From positions 497,624 through 561,623 of the forward strand of contig CAVTBK010000001.1 of assembly GCA_963732935.1 (NCBI GenBank): a DNA stretch of 64,000 nucleotides, given 5' to 3'. Source of the DNA: an uncultured Acidobacteriota bacterium (GTDB taxonomy: Bacteria > Acidobacteriota > Vicinamibacteria > Fen-336). Positions 50,293 through 59,192 of this stretch are shown one piece after another. Position 1 is the first letter of the stretch. Each line of letters begins with the position of its first letter. The notes beneath the pieces are model-generated. The model saw nothing but the letters and a program-made list of their open reading frames with translations, did not search any database and was not told the origin of the DNA. A program made the position numbers and the translations under genes.

Positions 50293-50676
50293 ATGTCCAC
50301 CGGTCCCCCGCACGGCGACGGCGTGCGAGCGAGCGCGCTGGAGCTGGTCGAGGTCGACGAGGTCGAGCGCCTGCTCGCCTCTGGAGACACCGCCGCCTTC
50401 AGCGCCTCCGAGCTGGACTTCGCCCGCGCCCGATCCGACCCGGCCCGCCGCCTGGCAGCCCGGCTGGCGGCCAAGCGGGCGGCGATCCGCCTGCTCGGGG
50501 CAGGACTGGTCCCGTCGGACTTCGAGGTCGCGCGCGAGGACGGCCCCCCGTCGCTCCGACTCTCGGCGCGGGCGCGGGAGCGTCTGGTGGTGCTGGGCGC
50601 GGCGCGCGTGCTGGTGAGCCTGACTCATGAGCGACGCCACGCGGCGGCTCTGGTGCTGCTCCTGGAGGACGCCTGA
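50293..50676 (+). CDS. acpS: Holo-[acyl-carrier-protein] synthase
   Basis: About 127 aa, C-terminal SLTHE..AAALVLLE typical of AcpS. Confidence 0.7.
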   Translation: MSTGPPHGDGVRASALELVEVDEVERLLASGDTAAFSASELDFARARSDPARRLAARLAAKRAAIRLLGAGLVPSDFEVAREDGPPSLRLSARARERLVVLGAARVLVSLTHERRHAAALVLLLEDA

Positions 50677-50702
50677 CCCGGGTCGCGCTTCTCGCCCGGT
50701 CC

Positions 50703-51671
50703 GTGGCGGTGGTCGCGATCGCGGCCGCCGGCGGCCTCCTCTACCTCGCCTACGCGCCGGCGGGCGACGCCAGGCCGCATCCGTTCAACCACGATCGCAA
50801 CGCCGTCTGGCTCGAGCACCGCTGGCTCGAGCGCCCGCACAGCGAGGCGCAGATGGAGGCGCTCTTCCTGCGCCTGCGGCGGCGTGGCGTCATCTACCTC
50901 TATCCGCACCTGATCCCCTTCGACCGGGAGGGCAACCTGCCGCCCCACGACCGCGACGAGATGCGGGCCTTCCTGACCGTGGCCCGCCGGGTCGCCCCCG
51001 AGCTGCGGCTGCTGCCCTGGGTCGGGGGCCTGCGCGCCGGCTACAGGCGGCAGCGGGTGGGTGTCCTGGAGCTGAGCGACCTCAACCAGCGGCAACGCAT
51101 CGTCGCCGAGGTGCGTGGCCTGATGGACGAGGGGTTCGACGGGATCCACCTCGACGTGGAACCGGTGAACGACGGCAACGTGGAGTTCCTGGCGATGCTC
51201 CGCGCTCTGCGCCCGGCGCTGGGCGAGGGGCGTCTCCTCTCGGTCGCCGCCACCCGCCCCGCCCCGCTCGGCCTGCCGCCCGCGCCCAATTTCGCGTGGA
51301 GCCCCGAGTACTACGCGCGCGTCGCGCACCTGGTCGACCAGCTCGCGATCATGGCGTACGACACGGCGCTGCCGACGCCGGCCCTCTATCGGCGCTACGT
51401 CGAGTGGTCGGCCTCCTCCGTGGCGGGCGCGCTCTCCGCCTCCGGATCCGAGGCGCGCGTGCTGATGGGTGTCCCGACCTACGACAACTTCGGCTTCATG
51501 CACCGGGCCGGTGTCGAGACCCCGGAGAACGCGCTCCTCGGTATCGTGGCGGGCCTGCGGGGCCTGGGCGCGGGTGGCACCTTCGAGGGGGTCGCGATCT
51601 ACGCCGACTGGACGACCGACGATGCCGACTGGGCCGTCTACGAGCGGCTCTGGCGCAACCACGGGCGCTAG
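50703..51671 (+). CDS. Membrane-anchored TIM-barrel-like protein with GH18-type DGIHLDVE motif (putative glycoside hydrolase, DUF4015-like)
   Basis: N-terminal TM; FDGIHLDVEP resembles the GH18 DGxDxDWE catalytic motif. Confidence 0.45.
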   Translation: MAVVAIAAAGGLLYLAYAPAGDARPHPFNHDRNAVWLEHRWLERPHSEAQMEALFLRLRRRGVIYLYPHLIPFDREGNLPPHDRDEMRAFLTVARRVAPELRLLPWVGGLRAGYRRQRVGVLELSDLNQRQRIVAEVRGLMDEGFDGIHLDVEPVNDGNVEFLAMLRALRPALGEGRLLSVAATRPAPLGLPPAPNFAWSPEYYARVAHLVDQLAIMAYDTALPTPALYRRYVEWSASSVAGALSASGSEARVLMGVPTYDNFGFMHRAGVETPENALLGIVAGLRGLGAGGTFEGVAIYADWTTDDADWAVYERLWRNHGR

Positions 51672-51787
51672 GCACCGGAACTCCGGCTGAGCCTTCCGGC
51701 GCTCCCCCTTGAGCCGTCCGCGACTCCTTTTTCGCGTCTCTAGGTAGGGGGCGGCCTAAAGACCGCTCGACGCGGAAGGGGGAAGGC

Positions 51788-53074
51788 ATGGAGTGGGTTC
51801 GTAGCAGGACGGCAGGCATCCTGGCCTGCGCCGGATTCGCCGCCGGGCTGCTGAGCGGACGGACGGCCGCGGCAGTCGACGTCGACGGGGCCGGCAACGT
51901 GGTGATCGTGCCGCTGGTGTTTTCGGGGTTCGAGCGCTCCTCGAGCGTCACCGTGACCAACGCCGGGGGCGGCCCGATCGACGTCACCGCGGACTATGTC
52001 GGGGCGGAGGGCACGCCGAAGGATGCGGCGGTGGTCGGGCCGATCTCCTGCGGGAGCCAGAGGCTCGACGGCGGGCAGAGTCGCAGCTTCCCGCTCGCGG
52101 ACTGGTGTCCGCCGCTGGCCCCGGTGGACGTGGAGAACTTCGGCTACCTGAAGCTGACGTCGGATGGCGACGGCCGCATCAGCTTCTCCGCCACCAGCTC
52201 GATCAGGACCGCGAAAGGAACGGTCTCCGTCATTCCGGGGCAGCCCATAGGTGCCTTCGACCCGGGGAGGCGACCCCTCTCGATTCCGGGCGCGCCGTCG
52301 ACCCTGCGGGTGATGGGGTTCGAGGACATGCACCACGTGGCCTGCTACTTCGGGTCGCTCGACGAGCCCACGGAGGTGGAGCTGTCGCTGCTCGACACCA
52401 CCGGTCAGGTGATGGTCTCCGGCTTCAAGCTCAAGCTGGGCGCGGAACGCATGAAGCGCGTGCTTCCCTTCACCGCGTTCGGGCCGGTGCTGGACGCCCG
52501 CCTCGTCGTGGAGCCTTTGTCCGCACCCTCCCTGGTCGTCGCGAGCTGCGCCGAGGAGAGTCCGCTCGACGGCACCGTCGCCTACCTGCCGGCCCGGACC
52601 CCGGACCCTCTCGACGATTCGCGCCTCCACGTCGTGCTGGCAGACGCCGGCGTCCAGATGGGTCCCTACAGGGTCGGTGACCTCTGGACCCACAGGCTGG
52701 TCGGAGATCCGGCCAGCCGGAAGGTCACGCTCACCACCTACCTGCGCCCGGACGACCGGGTGTACTGCACTCTGAGAGTGCCACCCTACCCGGGCAGCTT
52801 CGATCCCAGCCCGTGGCTCGAGCTGCAGATGAGGGCTCCCGACGGGACCGTCGTGGCCGGGGGCAGCGGCGCCAAGGATACCGGCGTCTTCTCGACGGGT
52901 CATCGCGGACGCTACCGGGACGAACGCTGGCACCTGGACGTTTCCTTCGACGAGGCGGCAGGCCCCTGGCCGGGCAGCCAGCCGAAGGGAATCTGGGCGG
53001 TCGTCTGCGAGAGCGCCGCCGGCATGTCGTCGCTGCTCACGGTCGACGATCCGACGGCGACCGACGATTTCTGA
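51788..53074 (+). CDS. Secreted hypothetical protein, paralog A
   Basis: GGGGGAAGG RBS. Signal peptide. Shares VIxPLV...YVG...ISC...FGxLxL...VVCESxxGxSxL blocks with the downstream gene. Confidence 0.6.
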   Translation: MEWVRSRTAGILACAGFAAGLLSGRTAAAVDVDGAGNVVIVPLVFSGFERSSSVTVTNAGGGPIDVTADYVGAEGTPKDAAVVGPISCGSQRLDGGQSRSFPLADWCPPLAPVDVENFGYLKLTSDGDGRISFSATSSIRTAKGTVSVIPGQPIGAFDPGRRPLSIPGAPSTLRVMGFEDMHHVACYFGSLDEPTEVELSLLDTTGQVMVSGFKLKLGAERMKRVLPFTAFGPVLDARLVVEPLSAPSLVVASCAEESPLDGTVAYLPARTPDPLDDSRLHVVLADAGVQMGPYRVGDLWTHRLVGDPASRKVTLTTYLRPDDRVYCTLRVPPYPGSFDPSPWLELQMRAPDGTVVAGGSGAKDTGVFSTGHRGRYRDERWHLDVSFDEAAGPWPGSQPKGIWAVVCESAAGMSSLLTVDDPTATDDF

Positions 53075-53090
53075 GACCCGCGCAGGAGGA

Positions 53091-54329
53091 ATGGAGACCG
53101 CCATGTCACACGCACGAATCGTCACGGCAGCGCTCGTCGCCGGCCTCGCGACCGCCGCCGCTCCCCCGTCCCGCGCCGCGAGCGCCGGGGACGCGGGTCC
53201 CTCCCTGGTCATCCCTCTCGTCCAGTACGACGGAGCGGCGGACAGCGACGTGTACGTCGAGAACCACGAGCAGCACGACGTCGAGGTCCAGCTGCGCTGG
53301 GTGGGCGAGCCGGCCAGCAGCACGCCCGGACTCCGCATCTGCCGCAACGAGATTCTCCTCGCCCGCCACCTCACCGGGCTCCGGCCCGTCAACTCCTGCT
53401 CGCTCTCCCACACCAACGAATTCGGGATGCTGGTGATCCTCGCTACCAAACCCTCGGGTCTGGCGCGACTGTCGGCCCGCGGGAACATCGCGGTCAAGGG
53501 CGGCGGAAAGGTGATGGTCGACGGCCTGCCCCTCGCGGACCTCGAGTCCACCGACGTCGTCCACGTGGTGGGCGGTCTGGCGTCCGATCCCTCGGGGAGC
53601 CTGTTCCCGCCGTCCACCACGGACTGCCTGTTCGGCACCTTCTTCGACGGGAGCGGTGTGGGTGGCGCGGTGGTGCGCTTCGGGCTCCGTGACTCGGACG
53701 GGCGGCCGCTGGGCAAGGACGTCCTCGCCGCCGCGAAACCGTTCTCGCTGACGCGCTTCTCCGACGTCTTCAAGCTGGTCGGCGCCCCTCCCGCTGCCTA
53801 CGACGACGTCCGCGCCGTGTTCGCGCCGGGAGGCGGCGGCGACGCGGTGGTGGGCTATTGCCTGACGACGGCGCCGACTCCCCAGGGGGAGACACGGGCC
53901 TACGCGCTCGCGCGGGTGGACGAGCCCGAACAGGGAACGCGGCGGCGCATCATCAAGGTCGTTTCGACTCCCGAGGTGCTAGGGGGCCGGAGCTTCCGGC
54001 TCGATCCCTCCCTGAGCAAGGTTTCGCACGGGCTCTTCGTGCAGCACCCGGACCGCTTCCGATGCGCCGTGGCGTCGGCGAGCGGCGGTGGCGAGCTGGT
54101 CCTCACGATGGTCTCCCCCGACCATGTGTTCTTCGGGGGGCAGACCGCGTCGACGGGCTGGTTGGATACCGGCCCGCGCAGCCAGACGAACCGGGGCCAG
54201 GCGGGCCTGTGGGGCCTGGAGGTGTCCTGGGCCCCCGGCGCGACACGGAGCCGCCCCGTCGAGTACGTGATCTCGTGCGAGAGCGGCAACGGCGTGAGCC
54301 TGGCCGACCAGCTCGTGCGCGTGCCGTAG
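53091..54329 (+). CDS. Secreted hypothetical protein, paralog B
   Basis: AGGAGGA RBS. Signal peptide. Conserved blocks as above (YVISCESGNGVSL versus AVVCESAAGMSSL). Confidence 0.6.
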   Translation: METAMSHARIVTAALVAGLATAAAPPSRAASAGDAGPSLVIPLVQYDGAADSDVYVENHEQHDVEVQLRWVGEPASSTPGLRICRNEILLARHLTGLRPVNSCSLSHTNEFGMLVILATKPSGLARLSARGNIAVKGGGKVMVDGLPLADLESTDVVHVVGGLASDPSGSLFPPSTTDCLFGTFFDGSGVGGAVVRFGLRDSDGRPLGKDVLAAAKPFSLTRFSDVFKLVGAPPAAYDDVRAVFAPGGGGDAVVGYCLTTAPTPQGETRAYALARVDEPEQGTRRRIIKVVSTPEVLGGRSFRLDPSLSKVSHGLFVQHPDRFRCAVASASGGGELVLTMVSPDHVFFGGQTASTGWLDTGPRSQTNRGQAGLWGLEVSWAPGATRSRPVEYVISCESGNGVSLADQLVRVP

Positions 54330-54380
54330 CCAAGGCGAGCGGAGGGCCGCCGGCGCGCAGGGCGCGTCGGCGGCTCTGCG

Positions 54381-56198
54381 CTAGGCCCCCGCCCCGCCCC
54401 GCCCGGCCATCCTCTCGTAGAAGGGCAGCTGTCTCAGCCCCCGCCACTTCTCGGGCAGGGCGTAGGCCGGGTTGGGCTGCTCCGCGCAAACGCCGCAGCG
54501 GATGCAGCCTTGCAGCTCCGGGCAGTGCGGGGAGAGGCGCCCCTGGCGGCTCCTCTCCAGCTCCTTCCAGAAGTAGGCCTTCTCCACCCCGTTGTCGACC
54601 AGGTCCCAGGGCAGCGTCTCGGCGAAGGCACGCTGCCGGAAGAGGTAGAAGGCGGGATCGAGACCCTTCTCGCGGAGCGCACGCTTGAGGGGCAGCTCCT
54701 CGAGGACGGCCAGCTCCAGCGCGTCGGCGACGCGCCGGTCGCCGAGCGCCAGCACCGACTGGGCCGCGCCGGTGCGCGCGCTCTTGCAGATCGCCTCCAC
54801 GTTGGGCATGCGGGCGAAGGCCTTGCGCAGGTACTGAAGCTTGTGGTCCGTCTGCTTCGGGTCCTCCATCGGCAGCCACTGGAAGGGCGTGCCCGGCTTC
54901 GGCACGAAGGGGTTCACCGAGGGGTGGATGCGCCCGACCCGGCCGCGGCCGCGGGCGACGGCGAGCATCCGCTCGCGGATGGCGCTGGTCAGCTCCACGA
55001 TCGCCTCGACGTCGGCGTGCTCTTCGTAGGGGAGCCCGACCATGTAGTAGAGCTTGAGGTTCTGGATGCCCTTCTCGAAGATCCAGCTGGCGCGGTCGAG
55101 GATCTCGGCATTGGTGAACTGCTTGTTCAGCACGCGGCGCATGCGATCGGAGCCGCACTCCGGTGCCAGGGTCAGGCCCTCGACGCCCGTGTCGACCAGC
55201 TTGAAGACGAACTCCGGCGTCAGGTCGTCGAGCCGCAGCGAGGCGACCGAGACCTGGTAGCCCATCCCCGCCAGGTCGTCGACGATGCCCTCGATCTCCG
55301 GGTGGTCGCAGACCGCCGTCGAGACGAGGCCGATCTTGCCCGTCGCCCGCCGCACCTCGCGCGCGCGGGCGACCAGCTCCGCCCGCGAGAAGCCGCGTAC
55401 CGGGAGATAGTTGTACCCGGCCCAGCAGAAGCGGCACATGCAGGGGCAGCCGCGCGAGATCTCGACCAGGTACTTCATCGACATCTCGGTGTGGGGGGTG
55501 AGCACGATCGACTGCGGGAAGCCCATGGCCCCCGGCCAGCCGCGCTGGCGGCGGATTCTCCCGGGCCCGTCGTAGCGGGCCACCGTCCCGTCGCCGTGGT
55601 AGTGCACGTGGTACTGGGAGGGGAGATAGAAGCCGTCCCGCGGCTTGAGCTCGAGCATCCCCCGACGCGGATCGCTCGCGCCCATCAGGGCGTCCATCAG
55701 GCGGGGCACCAGCGCCTCGGCCTCGCCCACCGCCACCAGGTCCGCGAAAGGCGCGAGCGGCTCGGGGTTCAGGAAAGTGGCGGCCCCGCCCAGGATCACG
55801 AGCGGGTCGCGCGGGCCGCGGTCGCGGGCCCGCAACGGGATCCCCGCCAGCCGCAGCACGCGCAGCACGTGCAGGTAGTCGTTCTCGAAGGAGACCGAGA
55901 AGGCGATCGCGTCGAAGTCCCGAAGCGGCGTCCCGGTCTCGAAGCTCGGCAGCGGCCGGCCGGTCCGCAGCAGCTCGGCCGCGTCCTCGTCGTCGGGCAG
56001 GAAGGCGCGTTCGCAGACGACGTCGGGGGTCGCGTTCAGCAGCCGATAGACCGCCTGGAAGCCGAGGTTCGACATCCCGACGTAGTAGAGGTTCGGCCAG
56101 ACGAGCGCCACCCGGAAAGAGCCGCGCCGCGGCACCTCTTCCAGCCACACCTCGTCCCGGCGCAGCCGTTCGTGACGTTCCTGCAGCTTGAGGGACAA
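54381..56198 (-). CDS. B12-binding-domain radical SAM protein (TIGR03960-like)
   Basis: N-terminal B12-binding-like fold (RVALVWPNLYYVGMSNLGFQ). Cys motif CPCMCRFC (CxxxCxxC). Confidence 0.8.
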   Translation of the reverse strand: MSLKLQERHERLRRDEVWLEEVPRRGSFRVALVWPNLYYVGMSNLGFQAVYRLLNATPDVVCERAFLPDDEDAAELLRTGRPLPSFETGTPLRDFDAIAFSVSFENDYLHVLRVLRLAGIPLRARDRGPRDPLVILGGAATFLNPEPLAPFADLVAVGEAEALVPRLMDALMGASDPRRGMLELKPRDGFYLPSQYHVHYHGDGTVARYDGPGRIRRQRGWPGAMGFPQSIVLTPHTEMSMKYLVEISRGCPCMCRFCWAGYNYLPVRGFSRAELVARAREVRRATGKIGLVSTAVCDHPEIEGIVDDLAGMGYQVSVASLRLDDLTPEFVFKLVDTGVEGLTLAPECGSDRMRRVLNKQFTNAEILDRASWIFEKGIQNLKLYYMVGLPYEEHADVEAIVELTSAIRERMLAVARGRGRVGRIHPSVNPFVPKPGTPFQWLPMEDPKQTDHKLQYLRKAFARMPNVEAICKSARTGAAQSVLALGDRRVADALELAVLEELPLKRALREKGLDPAFYLFRQRAFAETLPWDLVDNGVEKAYFWKELERSRQGRLSPHCPELQGCIRCGVCAEQPNPAYALPEKWRGLRQLPFYERMAGRGGAGA

Positions 56199-56307
56199 CT
56201 ACCGCCACTATAGCAGTGGCAGCGTACGCTCACGGCCACCCAGGGGTACTGGGGGACGGCGCCGCCGGCGCGAGCGACCGCGCCCGACGAGCGATTTCGA
56301 CCTAGTG

Positions 56308-56523
56308 TCACGCGGCCGAGTTGCCGGCCCCTCCTGGTTTGGCCGCGACCTTCAGGCGTTCCAGGTTGACGCTGCCCGGGATGAAGGCTTCCAGCCAGCC
56401 GCCGCACATGCAGCGGAAGCGTCTCGGCGCCTCGGTCTCCGCGCCCGGGTTCGCCGAAGCGCCCGAGATCAGGTACTCCCGCCCGCAGCTCGGGCAACTC
56501 GCTTCGCGTGTGAACGAGGCCAC
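56308..56523 (-). CDS. Small Cys4 zinc-ribbon protein immediately downstream of ftsZ
   Basis: GTG start 1 nt after ftsZ stop. CPSCG ... CMCGG. Confidence 0.45.
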   Translation of the reverse strand: MASFTREASCPSCGREYLISGASANPGAETEAPRRFRCMCGGWLEAFIPGSVNLERLKVAAKPGGAGNSAA

Positions 56524-56524
56524 G

Positions 56525-57715
56525 CTACTCGCCCCCCAGGTCGCCCTTGAGGTCGCCGCCCTTGCGACGCAGGAAGGCGGGGACGTCGAGGTCGAAGCGG
56601 GCCCCGCCGCTGGCGGCCTTCGGGTTCGGCGTCTTGCGGTAGAAGTCGCCGCCCGCCGCGGCGGCCTTCGCCTGGGGCGTCGACTGGTAGTTGCTGAAGT
56701 CGACGGGCGTCGCGGTGGCCTTCTTGAAGCCGGTCGCGATCACGGTCACCTTCACGGCGTTGCCCATCTGCTCGTCGGTGACGATGCCGTAGATGACGTT
56801 GGCGTCGGGATCGGCCACCTTGGTGATGAGAGCCGTCGCCTCGGAGGCCTCGATCAGGGACAGGTCGGGGCCGCCGGTGATGTTGACGATGACGCCCTTG
56901 GCGCCCTCGATCGAGGAGTCTTCGAGCAGAGGATTCGAGATCGCGCGCTGGGCGGCCTCGGCAGCCCGGTTCTCGCCCTGGCCGATCCCGGTGCCCATCA
57001 CCGCCTGGCCCATGCCGCGCATCACCGCCCGCACGTCGGCGAAGTCGAGGTTGATCTGGCCGGGCACGGTGATGATGTCGGAGATGCCCTGCACGGCCTG
57101 GCGCAGGACGTCGTCGGCCACCCGGAAGGCCTCGGTGACCGGCGTGTTGCGCGCCACGGAGTCGAGCAGCCGGTCGTTCGGGATCGCGATCACGGAGTCG
57201 ACGCAGTCGCGCAGCGATGCGAGCCCGTCGTGGGCCTGCGCCATCCGTCGCTTGCCCTCGAGCGAGAAGGGCAGCGTCACGACGGCGACGCTCAGCACGT
57301 TGCCGCTCTCGCCTCCCAGCTGGCTGGCGATCGAGGCGACCACCGGTGCGGCACCGGTGCCGGTGCCACCCCCGAGGCCCGCCGTGATGAAGACCATGTC
57401 GGAGCCCTCGAGGGCGTCGCAGATCTTCTCGGTGTCCTCGACGGCGGCCTGGCGGCCGACGTCGGGGTTGGCGCCCGCGCCCAGGCCCTTGGTGAGCTTG
57501 GCGCCGATCTGGATCTTGACCGGCGCCCGGTTGGCGCGCAGCGCCTGCAGGTCGGTGTTGACGGCGATGAACTCGATCCCCTGCAGTCCCGAGGCGATCA
57601 TGCGGCTGATCGCGTTTCCCCCGCCCCCACCCACGCCCACCACCTTGATGCGGGCGCCGCGGACCTCCTCGTCGGCGAACTGGATTCGGCCTGGACGGTC
57701 GATCTCTTTGGTCAT
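56525..57715 (-). CDS. ftsZ: Cell division protein FtsZ
   Basis: [27 protein letters not shown] tubulin signature. Confidence 0.95.
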   Translation of the reverse strand: MTKEIDRPGRIQFADEEVRGARIKVVGVGGGGGNAISRMIASGLQGIEFIAVNTDLQALRANRAPVKIQIGAKLTKGLGAGANPDVGRQAAVEDTEKICDALEGSDMVFITAGLGGGTGTGAAPVVASIASQLGGESGNVLSVAVVTLPFSLEGKRRMAQAHDGLASLRDCVDSVIAIPNDRLLDSVARNTPVTEAFRVADDVLRQAVQGISDIITVPGQINLDFADVRAVMRGMGQAVMGTGIGQGENRAAEAAQRAISNPLLEDSSIEGAKGVIVNITGGPDLSLIEASEATALITKVADPDANVIYGIVTDEQMGNAVKVTVIATGFKKATATPVDFSNYQSTPQAKAAAAGGDFYRKTPNPKAASGGARFDLDVPAFLRRKGGDLKGDLGGE

Positions 57716-57924
57716 GCTCGCTCAATCCCCTGGGAACTACCCGCCATGAAACCGCAGTGGAGGCAGATGCGCTTGGAGTCGTACTCGACGACGGTCGAGC
57801 CGCAGATGAGGCAGGGCAGCTCGCCGGCGCTGCGGACGAGAAAGGGCCCGCGACGGGCGCGGGTGACACGCGGGTCGGCGACGGGCAACGGCGGGAGCGC
57901 GACGCCCTCGACCTTCTTGTCCAT
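57712..57924 (-). CDS. Small Cys4 zinc-ribbon protein between ftsA and ftsZ
   Basis: Strong RBS GGAGGAGGGGAG before ATG 57924. Stop overlaps ftsZ ATG (ATGA). CLICG ... CLHCG. Confidence 0.6.
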   Translation of the reverse strand: MDKKVEGVALPPLPVADPRVTRARRGPFLVRSAGELPCLICGSTVVEYDSKRICLHCGFMAGSSQGIERA

Positions 57925-57935
57925 CTCCCCTCCTC

Positions 57936-59183
57936 CTAGAAAAAGTCGCTCAACCAGCCAATCAAGCGCCCGGTGACCCGACCGAAGGTCCCCGTCGCCG
58001 CCTGCCGCGTGGCGCCGATGCCGCGTCCCACGCGGTTGCGGTAGCCGGACTGCACGAGACCCACCGCCGTCGAGTAGACGGGGCTCGCCACCACGTCCAC
58101 GAGCCCGCCGATCCCGGCCGGGGTCCCGCGCCGCACCGGCATGTCGAAGATCTGTTCCGCGATCTCGGGGAGGCCCTCCAGGATCGCGCCTCCGCCGGTC
58201 AGCACGACGCCCGAGTTCAGGCTCCTCTCGAAGCCGGCGCGCCGGATCTCGGTCAGCACCAGCTGGCAGACCTCCTCGGCGCGCGCCTGCAGCACGTCGC
58301 CGAGGACCTGGCGGGCCATGATCCGGGGCTTGCGGCCGCCCACGCTCGGGACCTCGATCGAGTCCTCCTCGGGGATCATCGAGGTGAGCGCGCAGCCGTT
58401 CTTCTTCTTGATCTTCTCGGCCTCGTTGACGGGCGTCCGCAGGGCGACCGCCACGTCGTTGGTGAAGTGCTCGCCGCCGACCTGCAGGACCGCCGTGTGC
58501 CAGAGGGCGCCCTTCTCGAAGATGGCGAGGTCGGTGGTGCCGCCGCCCACGTCCACGATCGCGACGCCCAGCTCCTTCTCGTCCGGGGTCAGGCAGGTCT
58601 CGGCGGCGGCGATCTGGGTGAGCACGGTGTCGGCCACCTCGAGCCCGGCCCGGTTGACGCAGGTGACGGTGTTCTGGGTGGCGGTGGTCGAGCAGGTGAT
58701 GACGTGGACGTTCACCTCCAGGCGGGTCCCGGTCATCCCGGTCGGGTCCCCGATCCCGTCCTGGTCGTCGACCACGAACTCCTGCGGGAGCACGTGCAGG
58801 ATCTCGCGGTCGAGCGGGATCGAGACGGCCTTGGCGGCGTCGATCACCCGGCGCACGTCCTCCTTCTCGATCACCCGGTTCTTGCTGGAGACGGCGATCA
58901 CGCCGCGCGAGTTGAAGCCCTTGATGTGGGTGCCGGCGACGCCGACGTAGGCCGAGCCGATCTCGACCCCGGCCATCAGCTCGGCCTCCTCGATCACGCG
59001 CTTGATCGCGTCGACGGTGGCCTCCAGGTTGATGACGACGCCCTTGCGGAGGCCTCGGGACTCGGTCTGGCCGATGCCGATCACGTCCAGGCGACCCTCG
59101 TCGGTGATCTCGGCGACGATCGCGCAGATCTTGTGGGTCCCGACGTCCAGGCCGACGATGTAGCGTTCCTTCTTCTTAGCCAG
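57936..59183 (-). CDS. ftsA: Cell division protein FtsA, apparently initiating at a non-canonical CTG
   Basis: The conserved N-terminus ERYIVGLDVGTHKICAIV lies in-frame upstream of the first GTG (59084) and directly after an in-frame TAG (also the ftsQ stop). AGGAGG sits 6 nt before CTG 59183. Confidence 0.75.
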   Translation of the reverse strand: MAKKKERYIVGLDVGTHKICAIVAEITDEGRLDVIGIGQTESRGLRKGVVINLEATVDAIKRVIEEAELMAGVEIGSAYVGVAGTHIKGFNSRGVIAVSSKNRVIEKEDVRRVIDAAKAVSIPLDREILHVLPQEFVVDDQDGIGDPTGMTGTRLEVNVHVITCSTTATQNTVTCVNRAGLEVADTVLTQIAAAETCLTPDEKELGVAIVDVGGGTTDLAIFEKGALWHTAVLQVGGEHFTNDVAVALRTPVNEAEKIKKKNGCALTSMIPEEDSIEVPSVGGRKPRIMARQVLGDVLQARAEEVCQLVLTEIRRAGFERSLNSGVVLTGGGAILEGLPEIAEQIFDMPVRRGTPAGIGGLVDVVASPVYSTAVGLVQSGYRNRVGRGIGATRQAATGTFGRVTGRLIGWLSDFF

Positions 59184-59192
59184 ATGCGCCTC

